Shown here: positions 1 to 8,557 of the stretch, piece by piece
Position numbering within the stretch: the stretch's first letter is position 1
How the letters are laid out: every line of letters begins with the position of its first letter
Made by a program: the position numbers and the translations under genes
NCBI GenBank assembly: GCA_029762535.1
Contig: JARVGK010000013.1
Coordinates: 1-38,948, forward strand
Reading direction: 5' to 3'
Length of the DNA: 38,948 nt
From: Thermoplasmatota archaeon
GTDB taxonomy: Archaea; Thermoplasmatota; Penumbrarchaeia; Penumbrarchaeales; Penumbrarchaeaceae
Notes under the pieces: generated by a model
What the model saw: the letters and a program-made list of their open reading frames with translations, nothing else
Database searches by the model: none
What the model was told of the DNA's origin: nothing

Positions 1-97
1 TCCTTTCCATCGGCTCCCTGTAGGCTATGGCGATCATCAGCAATACTATCACGACGGATCCGATCCCTATAAACAGTACCGAATTCCTTCTGCTCAT
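1..97 (-). CDS. N-terminal fragment of a secreted or membrane-anchored protein (runs off the window start)
   Basis: Manual translation from the ATG at 97 gives MSRRNSVLFIGIGSVVIVLLMIAIAYREPMER (basic N-terminus plus hydrophobic helix). A GGTGG RBS-like motif lies upstream on the minus strand, followed by an AT-rich promoter region. Confidence 0.6.
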   Translation of the reverse strand, partial: MSRRNSVLFIGIGSVVIVLLMIAIAYREPMER

Positions 98-115
98 TTA
101 CCCACCAGGTGGATG

Positions 116-142
116 ATATAAATATAAATATAAATATAAATA
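116..142. repeat. (ATATAA)x4.5 microsatellite in the divergent promoter region; stacked TTTATA boxes on the minus strand
   Basis: Read directly: atataa at 116, 122, 128 and 134, then ata. Confidence 0.85.
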
Positions 143-220
143 CATTTCCTGGGACGAGGGGATCTCCTTATCATGGCCCAATTCCGAAGTTCTTAATATT
201 CAATGCGGCTTTTCCCCCGC

Positions 221-2041
221 ATGGGAAGGATCCGGGTCCTGGACGAATCCACCGTGAACAAGATCGCCGCCGGCGAGGTCGTTGAATCCCCCTCCTCCGT
301 TATCAAGGAGCTTCTGGAGAACTCCCTGGACGCGGGATCCGCCCGCATCGGCATCGACTTGGACGGCGGGGGGATCGATAGGATCCGGGTGCAGGACGAC
401 GGGTGCGGGATGTCCAGGGAGGATGCGATCCTTGCGTTCACCCGGCACTCCACCTCGAAGATCTCGGGAATAGACGATCTCTTATCGCTTCACACCCTTG
501 GTTTCAGGGGAGAGGCCCTCGCCTCCATCGCTGCCGTCTCCAGAGTGGAGATGGTGACGAGGGAGAGGGGATCGCCCTCGGGGACTCGAATCTCGATCCA
601 GGCCGGGAAGGTCCTTTCCATAGAGGAGGCGGGCTGCCCGGAAGGCACGTCCATAACCGTATCGGACCTCTTCGCCAACGTCCCGGCAAGGAAGAAATTC
701 CTGAAAGGCCCCCAGACAGAGAAGGCCAGATGCCTCGACGTCGCTACGAGGCTCGCCCTGATAAGGCCCGATATAGGTTTCAGGATAACCTCCGATGACG
801 AGCCCAAGCTCGAGGCCCCGCCCGGACAGGACCTGCGCTCCAGGGCCGGCGAGGTATTGGGATTGAAGACCGCCCGTTCCATGAAGGAGATCGGCCCCCT
901 TGACTGCGGCATGGCCAGGGTCGAGGGCCTCGCTTCCCTGCCCTGGGACACCAGGTCCAACTCCGGGGGGATCACGATCTGCGTATCGGGACGCCTCGTG
1001 AAGAACAGGCAGATCATCGACTCCGTCAGGAGGGGTTACGGATCTCGATTGATGAAGGGCAGATACCCCCTCTCCATCCTGATCATCGACATATCCTCCC
1101 AGAGGATGGACGTCAACATACATCCGACGAAGGACCTCGTGAAGTTCTCGGACGAGCGCTCGGTCCTTGAATGCGTGGAGAGGGCGGTCGGCAAGGCGGT
1201 CTTCGGAGGACCCATGTCGAAGCGCCCTTCCGGCAAGAGCCCCCCTCCGCAGGCGGAGCCCGTGGACAGGTCGATCTTCAACGGCAGCAGGGTCAGGGCC
1301 GTCAGGGAGAAGAGGCAGGTGCCCCTGCTCGAGGGAGAGGTCCGCCCCTCGGAGACCCCCATGGACCAGTGGGCGGACGTCCCCGTCATCGAAGGGATGT
1401 CGAGACTTCCCCCGGCCCTTCCGGAGAACCCTTCCCAGGCGCGGATAAGGGTCATAGGCCAGCTCGACCACAGCTACATCCTGTGTGAGCTGGGTTCGGA
1501 CCTGCTCCTGGTCGATCAGCATGCCGCCCACGAGAGGATACGCCTGGAGATGCTCTCCAAGAAGCATTCTGCCAGGACCTTTCCCGTCCAGGAGCTCATA
1601 GACCCGATACATCTGGAGATGGACCCGTCCTCGATGGAGAACATCGGATCACTTGAAGCGGACCTCAAGGGATTAGGGTTCGATTTCGAGAGGTTCGGAA
1701 GGGATGCCGTGGTCATCAGGGGGCTGCCCGTGTTCATGGGAAGGACCGAGGGCAGCGGGGTCCTACTGGACATAGCCATGGGAGCCCAGGTCCACGACGG
1801 GTGCGGGCCGCCGGACCCCTCCTTCGTCCCCAAGGAGATCCCCCTGAAGGATAAGGTCATCTCCCTTGCTGCCTGCAAGGGCGCCATAAAGGCGCATCAG
1901 CAGCTTTCGTTCAACGAGATGGAGGCCCTCATACGCGATCTCCTCGACTGCGAGATTCCCCTGCACTGCGCACACGGCAGGCCCACGATGATAAGGCTCC
2001 CCTTATCCTCCCTCGAGAGATGGTTCAGAAGGATAGTTTGA
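221..2041 (+). CDS. mutL: DNA mismatch repair endonuclease MutL
   Basis: N-terminal KIAAGEVVE...KELLENSLDA, GHKL motifs DDGCGM, TSKI and GFRGEAL, DVNIHPTK, and C-terminal endonuclease motifs DQHAAHER, ACK and CAHGRP. The ATG at 221 matches the family N-terminus better than 203. Confidence 0.97.
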   Translation: MGRIRVLDESTVNKIAAGEVVESPSSVIKELLENSLDAGSARIGIDLDGGGIDRIRVQDDGCGMSREDAILAFTRHSTSKISGIDDLLSLHTLGFRGEALASIAAVSRVEMVTRERGSPSGTRISIQAGKVLSIEEAGCPEGTSITVSDLFANVPARKKFLKGPQTEKARCLDVATRLALIRPDIGFRITSDDEPKLEAPPGQDLRSRAGEVLGLKTARSMKEIGPLDCGMARVEGLASLPWDTRSNSGGITICVSGRLVKNRQIIDSVRRGYGSRLMKGRYPLSILIIDISSQRMDVNIHPTKDLVKFSDERSVLECVERAVGKAVFGGPMSKRPSGKSPPPQAEPVDRSIFNGSRVRAVREKRQVPLLEGEVRPSETPMDQWADVPVIEGMSRLPPALPENPSQARIRVIGQLDHSYILCELGSDLLLVDQHAAHERIRLEMLSKKHSARTFPVQELIDPIHLEMDPSSMENIGSLEADLKGLGFDFERFGRDAVVIRGLPVFMGRTEGSGVLLDIAMGAQVHDGCGPPDPSFVPKEIPLKDKVISLAACKGAIKAHQQLSFNEMEALIRDLLDCEIPLHCAHGRPTMIRLPLSSLERWFRRIV

Positions 2042-2087
2042 AAGGATAAGGGGAAAAGGATTAATCCGCAGACCCCGATGGATCCTC

Positions 2088-2729
2088 ATGGGATCCTCAT
2101 ACCGGAAGAAGGCTTCAAGGAAGAGGGACGGGCCCAGGCCTGAAAAGAAAAAGGAAGAGACGAGAAGCGCTCCGGTGGCTCCCTTGGTCTTCCTGTCGCT
2201 AGTCCTGGTCCTGGCAGGGTCCGCACTGGGCGTATACCTATCCCAACGTTCCTCCGGAGGAGACGACGAGCCTGTTATGGATACACCAACATCAGGCAGC
2301 GCTCCTCCAGTATCCGATATCCCAGCATACCTCCGATACGATATCGAGAACATAGACGGAGGCACATTCCGGCTCGAGCAGTTCAAGGGAAAGATCATCC
2401 TCTTGGACATGTACGCGACCTGGTGCGGGCCCTGCGCCTACCAGATGGACGAGCTCAGGGAGCTGAAGACATACTACTCGCCATCGGACCTGGTCATAAT
2501 TTCCATAAATACGGATCCGCAGGAGACCGCCGCCATGTCCAGGGAGTTCAGGGACAAGCATTACGCTGATTGGCCCTTTGGTATGGCATCGCCTCAGATA
2601 AGGGAGACGTTCCCCGCTAGCTCGATCCCCACACTGTACTTCCTGGATCGAGAAGGGAAGATCGTGGACGATCACGTGGGTGCGGGATCCGCCCTGGACC
2701 TCCGGATCAGGATCGACCGCATGGTATAG
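2088..2729 (+). CDS. Membrane-anchored TlpA/ResA-like thioredoxin-fold disulfide reductase
   Basis: N-terminal TM helix, GKIILLDMYATWCGPC active site, and IPTLYFLDREGKI cis-Pro region. Confidence 0.9.
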   Translation: MGSSYRKKASRKRDGPRPEKKKEETRSAPVAPLVFLSLVLVLAGSALGVYLSQRSSGGDDEPVMDTPTSGSAPPVSDIPAYLRYDIENIDGGTFRLEQFKGKIILLDMYATWCGPCAYQMDELRELKTYYSPSDLVIISINTDPQETAAMSREFRDKHYADWPFGMASPQIRETFPASSIPTLYFLDREGKIVDDHVGAGSALDLRIRIDRMV

Positions 2730-2779
2730 TCCCCGCATACTCCTACAAAAAGGTATAATCGGACCAAGGTATTGACGTT

Positions 2780-3715
2780 GTGATGGATGAAGATCATGAA
2801 CCCAGGGGCCCTCTGGTCCTCGGAATAGGGGGCTTTGGGGCCTTAATCGTATCGAGCATGGGCCCGGAAGGTCCGGAGAGACTGGTCCTTGACACCGACG
2901 TTCGAACCAAAGAGAAGTATCCTATGGAGAATGTGATCCTCCTCGGTGAGAAAGCCCTTGACGGGGAGGGGGTAGGAAGGGACCTGAAGCTGGGGATGAT
3001 GGCGTTCCGATCCTCAATGAACGATATACTGCCATTGGTCCAGGACCATTTTCCGGTGCTAATGATCGCTGGATGCGAAGGGGGGACGGGATTGTCCGGG
3101 GCGGTAGAGATCGGCAGCGAGCTGAGGCGAAGGGGGATACCTTTCTTCAACTTCATATTCACGGACGATGCTTCCGCGCCGGGATCGAACAGGACCGCAT
3201 TGGCCCTGAACCTGCTTTCGGGTCCTCTATATCCAGGATGCCTGATCGGTTCGGGCCATACCACCGAGGATATGGCCCGGGCCATACAGGACCTTGCCAG
3301 AGCCTCCGCCCCTGGTCCGGGGATACGAATACCTCTGGAGGCCTGGACCAGGCTTTCGAGCAGTAAAGCGACCTACACCCTTGAACATCAGAGCATGGGG
3401 ATGGGGGAGATATCCTCTCTCAAAGAGGGCAGAGGTCCGGCCCTTAGAGGCGCCTGCATAGCCGCGTTGAGATCCCCCGAGCATCTCGGGGCGATGGACG
3501 TCAAGGGGATAATCGAGGCCCTTTTAGGTTTCTCCGAGAACATCGCCGTGGGGATACTGAAAAGCGAGGGGGAGAGGATAACATTATCATCTCTGTCTCA
3601 GTCCATCGATCCGGGCCCCCTGCCGTCGATGGGATCGGACCCGGACATGTCCGAACCCTCTCTGATGTACCAGGAGATGGATATGCCCCAGAGAGAATTA
3701 CACCAGCAATCTTAA
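2780..3715 (+). CDS. Divergent FtsZ/tubulin-superfamily protein
   Basis: LGIGGFG (T1-like), VLDTD, LLGEKALDGEGVGRDLKLG (T3-like) and AGCEGGTGLSGA (altered GGGTG[ST]G signature) occur in FtsZ order and spacing. The C-terminal half is divergent. Confidence 0.75.
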   Translation: MMDEDHEPRGPLVLGIGGFGALIVSSMGPEGPERLVLDTDVRTKEKYPMENVILLGEKALDGEGVGRDLKLGMMAFRSSMNDILPLVQDHFPVLMIAGCEGGTGLSGAVEIGSELRRRGIPFFNFIFTDDASAPGSNRTALALNLLSGPLYPGCLIGSGHTTEDMARAIQDLARASAPGPGIRIPLEAWTRLSSSKATYTLEHQSMGMGEISSLKEGRGPALRGACIAALRSPEHLGAMDVKGIIEALLGFSENIAVGILKSEGERITLSSLSQSIDPGPLPSMGSDPDMSEPSLMYQEMDMPQRELHQQS

Positions 3716-3744
3716 TATCCACTTTTTCTCTAATCGGCCCGAGG

Positions 3745-4221
3745 ATGCAAATGGACGAGCTCGGCATGGTGGATATGCCCATGAGGCTTCTGATGGCCGC
3801 AGTGCTGACCTCGCTTATGGTACCCGTCGTGCTGGGGGCTTATCAGGATATGTCCATGAGCGTCGCCGAGGATAGGGCTCTTCGTGACATGTCGAGGATA
3901 GCATGGGCCGCGAGGTCCGTTCTGGACGGGGACGCCGGCAGCACGGTCAGGATCCAGCTGGAGCTGGATGGATTCGGTTCCTCTGAGTTCATCGAGGGTA
4001 CGATCGGTGGCCCGCTCGATGGAGAGGAACGATGGAGGGCATATGTCATAGTCTTCGAGCTTGAGGGGGCGGGCCGGATCACGAGCGCGGGCGACCCCCC
4101 TTTACCCATGACGGACGATAACGGGGGATCGGGCCTGTATCTGCTTCCAGGAAGGACCGAACTCGAAGTGACCCATGTGATCGTCGATGGCATACACGCT
4201 GCATCCTTCAGGAAGCTGTGA
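3745..4221 (+). CDS. Putative archaeal pilin-like protein (class III signal peptide-like N-terminus)
   Basis: Short charged leader ending in G (MQMDELG), then a hydrophobic helix (MVDMPMRLLMAAVLTSLMVPVVLG), an amphipathic helix and a beta-rich tail. Confidence 0.5.
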   Translation: MQMDELGMVDMPMRLLMAAVLTSLMVPVVLGAYQDMSMSVAEDRALRDMSRIAWAARSVLDGDAGSTVRIQLELDGFGSSEFIEGTIGGPLDGEERWRAYVIVFELEGAGRITSAGDPPLPMTDDNGGSGLYLLPGRTELEVTHVIVDGIHAASFRKL

Positions 4222-4225
4222 GGCG

Positions 4226-5374
4226 TCATTTCATGACGTTGAGGGCCTCTCCCCTGCCCTCGCGGACCCTCTCCAGGTAATTGACCTCCACGACCCAGTG
4301 GTCGTGGAAGAATGGGTCGAGTATGCATTTTCCCTTGAGCTTTATAATGTCCTCTATTCTGAGGGTAATGTCCCGGGTCAGATCGTGATAGTCCTTGAGG
4401 TCGATGCGGACCCATATCTTCCTTGCATCCTTGACCTTCTCATCTCCCTGAACGTTGATCCTAAGGTCGTAGAGCAGGAGCTTGACGTGCTCCTTCCCCT
4501 TCTTGTACAGGGGCTTGAACGAGCTGATCTTGCCCAGGACCTCCACATCCCTGTCCCTGAATGGCCCGTACATCTCCTCGATGTTCCTGGACCATAGGTC
4601 CTCGAACCTCTTCAGGGGGGAGTCGATCCTCTCGTGGCCCTCGACCTTGCCGTGGACCACGCGCATCAGGTCCTCGAACTTGTATTTCTTCTTCTTGAAG
4701 GGGCATTCCTCCCGGAGACCCCTGCACCTGTTGTCCCACAGCTGCTTCTTGAGCTTCTTGATGAACTGCTCGGGCAGCTCCTTGTGGTAGGCGAACTTGA
4801 TGATCTGACCGTCATCGACGGCGCCTGCCTCGAGGGCCTCCTCCACAAGCGTCAAGAGGTCTTCGATCTTGCCCCATCGCTCCTCATAGGTCTTGATCTC
4901 GGCCTCCTCCTCATCGTCCGTACTTTCCTTCAGAGGGGGTTCGTCCTCATCATAGTCCTCTATATCGGGCTCCGCCTCTTTCCTCTCTTTTTTGGGATGG
5001 GGCTTTCCCTTCCAGGGATCGGCCACCGCATCGTCCGTTATGCCCTCCTTGATCTCCTTCTCGCTCCGGACGTTCCAGCCTTTTCTCAGTTTGTGCGTGT
5101 CCCCGTACCTTGGAGCCTGGACGGGATCCGTTTTGATCTCTTTGGGGATCTCCTTCTCCTCGATGAGACCGAGCTCCTTGAACAGCCTGATTCGGAACTG
5201 CTCGAGATATGCGTCGTCGGGATGGGATAGGAGATAGACGGACCCGTGCTTGGAGCTCTTGTGTATGACCTTGCCGCCCATCCTCTGGAACTCGGCGTTG
5301 AGATCCCGCACCGAGGACTTGGCGGCGTTCTTCAGCAGTATGTCTGCCGTGATCTTGAATGAGCTCTGTTCCAT
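4226..5374 (-). CDS. Hypothetical protein with charged/acidic linker and possible C-terminal OB-fold
   Basis: 382-aa ORF with natural charged composition, an acidic tract (EDYDEDEPPLKESTDDEEEAE) and a beta-rich C-terminus. An AT-rich divergent promoter lies upstream. Confidence 0.75.
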   Translation of the reverse strand: MEQSSFKITADILLKNAAKSSVRDLNAEFQRMGGKVIHKSSKHGSVYLLSHPDDAYLEQFRIRLFKELGLIEEKEIPKEIKTDPVQAPRYGDTHKLRKGWNVRSEKEIKEGITDDAVADPWKGKPHPKKERKEAEPDIEDYDEDEPPLKESTDDEEEAEIKTYEERWGKIEDLLTLVEEALEAGAVDDGQIIKFAYHKELPEQFIKKLKKQLWDNRCRGLREECPFKKKKYKFEDLMRVVHGKVEGHERIDSPLKRFEDLWSRNIEEMYGPFRDRDVEVLGKISSFKPLYKKGKEHVKLLLYDLRINVQGDEKVKDARKIWVRIDLKDYHDLTRDITLRIEDIIKLKGKCILDPFFHDHWVVEVNYLERVREGRGEALNVMK

Positions 5375-5429
5375 GATGATAGTCTCCCGTTACCGACCTC
5401 TAACCCTTGGGGGGGGACATGATACTCCC

Positions 5430-5488
5430 CGATTATAAATCATTTTTTATAGGATTTATTATTTTCCCATCTATTGTCGGTTTTTTAT
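5430..5488. promoter_or_regulatory. AT-rich divergent promoter region
   Basis: TTATAAAT, TTTTTTATA and TTTTTTATAT TATA-like motifs between divergently oriented genes. Confidence 0.5.
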
Positions 5489-5776
5489 ATGTACATCGCA
5501 TTCTTAACGGTGACTCCCATGGACGAGGGGCCGTCCCTATCCGAACATGTGAAAGCGGCCATTCAGGTCATTTCCTCCTCGGGATTGAAATATCAGGTCA
5601 CTGCAATGGGTACGATCATCGAATCTCCGGACCTCCCTTCGCTCTTCAGGGTCGTCCAGGAGGCGGTCCGAGCGGTTCGGGCGAAGGGATCCCAGCGTAT
5701 AAGCGTGTCACTGAGGATCGACTGCCGATACGATGAGGATGCCACCATCGATTCGAAGATGACCTCGGTCATGTGA
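5489..5776 (+). CDS. MTH1187/YkoF-like thiamine-binding protein (UPF0045)
   Basis: About 95 aa with family-typical AFLTVTP...SLSEHVKAAIQVI..SGLKYQVTAMGTIIE...RISVSLRIDCR...IDSKM. Confidence 0.88.
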   Translation: MYIAFLTVTPMDEGPSLSEHVKAAIQVISSSGLKYQVTAMGTIIESPDLPSLFRVVQEAVRAVRAKGSQRISVSLRIDCRYDEDATIDSKMTSVM

Positions 5777-5841
5777 GAAAGTAAGATCTGATCGGCAGGG
5801 CTCCGACAGATATTTGAACGCCCAAGGTCATCATAGCACCG

Positions 5842-6876
5842 ATGAATATGAGAGCGAAGGCGGTCCTTGCCGTTATCATAGTCGCCGCATCGATTTGTAC
5901 GGCGGCGCTCGTCAGCCGGACGGCGAACGGTGTCGGGGGTGCAGCGGTGACGATATACCTTGACCAATACGAGCAAAGCGTGAACGTCGAGCCTGGATCC
6001 TCGGGAGTGGTCCATTTCAGCGGGAACGTCAGCGCCCAGGTCCGATGGTCCCCAAGTATCCAATACCTCATAGTTAACCTCAACTACGAGGCGAACGACT
6101 GGGCGACGTCCGGGACATCCGTCCTGATATTCACCAGGGAAGACACCCTCATGCCCTTCACATGCACCGTCAAAGTCCCTCCGATGACCTCGAGGCACTC
6201 GATCGGCACCCTTATCGTCTCAGGAACTTGGACCTATCAGCCCGGCATAACCGGCGGCGATGTCAATCCCGTTCAAGCGATCATCAAGATAGAACAGTTC
6301 TACTCGCATTATCTCTCATACGGATCGGAATACATCGAGATGGAGAAAGAGGACCTATTCAACTGTACCGTAAACGTCCACAATCAGGGCAACGGGCGCG
6401 ACAGGATCGCCATCGAGATCGCCAACGAACCGGAGCTGTCCAGATACGGGATATATGTCGAGATACCCAAGAACATCACCTGAGTCGATGAGGGCGGGAC
6501 GGCCGTTGCGGGGATCCTCGTAGAGACCAGGTTCGCAGGGATCGGCAGCTATCAAATCACGGTCCACTCCTGGTCATATGCCGACGAGCAGATGCAGGTC
6601 GAGACCGGGCATTACAATCTGTCCATCGATCTCCGCATTGTCGATCAAATAACTACACGGGAGGGCCCACCGACCCAAGACGAGGATTCGCCTGAAGAGG
6701 AGGATGAGGACCTGCCACCTGATGGTCCCGGTCCGCAGAAGGAATACGAACCTTATGTTCCCGGCGAGGGCGGATCGTTCGGTCCGGTCCTGATCGTCGC
6801 CGTTGTTATAGTTGCCCTCATCGTCATCGCGATCCCCTTGACCATAGCGATCGTCTTATTCAGGAAGCGCAGATGA
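5842..6876 (+). pseudogene. Surface protein (signal peptide, Ig-like domains, acidic Pro linker, C-terminal TM anchor) interrupted by one in-frame TGA at 6481-6483
   Basis: ORFs 5842-6483 and 6592-6876 are in the same frame (111 nt apart, no further stops). The read-through NIT*VDEGGTAVAGILVET aligns with paralog DALYLEEGETKVVDIAIST. It resembles the Thermoplasmatota 'choice-of-anchor T' type from memory (unverified). Confidence 0.8.
6689..6876 (+). repeat. Direct repeat copy 1 (about 188 bp, near-identical to 7893-8080) encoding linker and membrane anchor
   Basis: Offset of 1204 nt with about 4 mismatches by manual comparison. Confidence 0.92.
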
Positions 6877-7009
6877 ACTGCGGAACCTTTGATCCTCGAC
6901 GCCCATCCGCTGTCATGGTGGAAGATTTCATTGGGGGTCATGATCAATAGCATACCCGCGTAATTTCGGATACCGGTAGAGGGAGGTTATATAATCCCTA
7001 AGACATAAT

Positions 7010-8080
7010 ATGGGATGGATGGACATGAGCAAAAGATCCCTTTTCCTGGCCCTATCGATCATATCGATGTCGATCTTGTCCATAATATCATGTTGGAACA
7101 TGGACGTTAACGCAGCGGGCCCTCCGGAGATAAGCATCCAACTTCACCAGGCATCACAGGTCGCCTCTGTAGCACCTGGAAATAACACTCCCCTTGTATT
7201 CACGGGGATCGTCCAGGCAACGGTAATTTGGTCCCCGAGCATACAGTACATAGAGGTCGTTCTAAGCTACGATGCCGGTGGTTGGACGATCTCCGGCACC
7301 ACCATTCTGTTGCTGACACAGGAGAACGAATCCATTCCCTTTTCATGCACTGTCATCGTCCCTTCCGGAACATCCTCTACCACTATAGGGGAATTCACGG
7401 TCTCCGGTACATGGAAAAATGAGCCCGGGGTATTGAGCGGGGATATCGATCCAGCGATCGCCATGATCCACATAGATCGATTCTTCTCCCATGAACTATA
7501 CTCCACCGAGGAATATTCAATGATCGGGAGGGAGGATGCAGGGATATGCCGCGTGAAGTTGCGAAACCTGGGGAACGGAAACGACAGTATCAGGATAGGG
7601 ATCGCCAACGAGGCCGAGCTTTCGCGCGCCAGGATAACATCCAGCATGTCCGGCGATGCTCTCTACCTTGAGGAGGGCGAGACGAAGGTCGTAGATATCG
7701 CAATTTCCACTTCAAGGGCCGCTGTCGGAACCTATGAGATCGAACTTGAGTCCTTCTCACAGGAGGCGGAAGCGTACGGGAAAGTATCGGAGCCGTCCAG
7801 CATTGTCATCGAATTCATGGTCGTCAGCGAGAGCCCCTCACAGGAAGAACCCCCGATAGAGGAAGAGGATCCCCCCATCGACGATGAGGATCCGCCTGAA
7901 GAGGAGGATGAGGACCTGCCACCTGATGGTCCCGGTCCGCAGAAGGAATACGAACCTTATGTTCCCGGCGAGGGCGGATCGTTAGGTCCGGTCCTGATCG
8001 TCGCCGTTGTTATAGTTGCCCTCATCGTCATCGCGATCCCCTTGACCATAGCGATCGTCGTATTCAGAAAGCGCAGCTGA
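7010..8080 (+). CDS. Cell-surface protein, intact paralog of 5842-6876
   Basis: Signal peptide, shared motifs (V.PG...V.F.G.V.A.V.WSPSIQY, PF.CTV.VP, VSGTW, N.GNG.D.I.I.IANE.ELSR), acidic linker, TM helix and RKRS tail. Confidence 0.85.
   Translation: MGWMDMSKRSLFLALSIISMSILSIISCWNMDVNAAGPPEISIQLHQASQVASVAPGNNTPLVFTGIVQATVIWSPSIQYIEVVLSYDAGGWTISGTTILLLTQENESIPFSCTVIVPSGTSSTTIGEFTVSGTWKNEPGVLSGDIDPAIAMIHIDRFFSHELYSTEEYSMIGREDAGICRVKLRNLGNGNDSIRIGIANEAELSRARITSSMSGDALYLEEGETKVVDIAISTSRAAVGTYEIELESFSQEAEAYGKVSEPSSIVIEFMVVSESPSQEEPPIEEEDPPIDDEDPPEEEDEDLPPDGPGPQKEYEPYVPGEGGSLGPVLIVAVVIVALIVIAIPLTIAIVVFRKRS
7893..8080 (+). repeat. Direct repeat copy 2
   Basis: Matches 6689-6876. Confidence 0.92.
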
Positions 8081-8119
8081 CCTGCGAAAAAGGGTTATAT
8101 TCCACTGCCATCCGCTGTC

Positions 8120-8557
8120 ATGGAAGAAGAGTCCATGGTGGTCACGGGGGGGATCATACCCCGTAACGGCAGGGTCCTGGTCGCGAAGAGACATATGACC
8201 TCCAGGTTCGAGCCGGGAAAATGGGAGTTCCCCGGCGGGAAGCTCCGCTTCGGCGAGGGTCCCGAGGAATGCCTCAGCAGGGAGTTGAAGGAGGAGCTGG
8301 GGATCGAAGCGGTCATCTCGTCCCTCTTCAGTGCCGGATCCCACGTCTATACCGATCGGAAGGGAAGAAGGCATGTCGTCCTGTTATACTATATATGTCG
8401 AATAGGGAGCGGGGATCCCGAATGCCTGGACTGTGCTGAGATACTCTGGGCGGACAGGGACATCCTCGATACACTGGACTTCGTCGAAGGGGACGCCGAT
8501 GTGCTCGATCGCCTTCTGAAAGATGAAGGTTTTTGGTCTATGAGAGGAACAGCCTGA
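8120..8557 (+). CDS. NUDIX hydrolase, MutT/NudG-like
   Basis: Nudix box WEFPGGKLRFGEGPEECLSRELKEELGI. Confidence 0.92.
   Translation: MEEESMVVTGGIIPRNGRVLVAKRHMTSRFEPGKWEFPGGKLRFGEGPEECLSRELKEELGIEAVISSLFSAGSHVYTDRKGRRHVVLLYYICRIGSGDPECLDCAEILWADRDILDTLDFVEGDADVLDRLLKDEGFWSMRGTA

Noticed and set aside
482-1612. Long antisense or alternate-frame ORFs (482-1612, also 11059-12093, 8763-9461, 4634-5230)
   Set aside because: These are shadow ORFs over well-supported genes in GC-rich DNA, with no recognisable motifs.
6481-6483. Selenocysteine codon
   Set aside because: It aligns to Tyr rather than Cys in a non-redox surface protein, and no SECIS was recognised.
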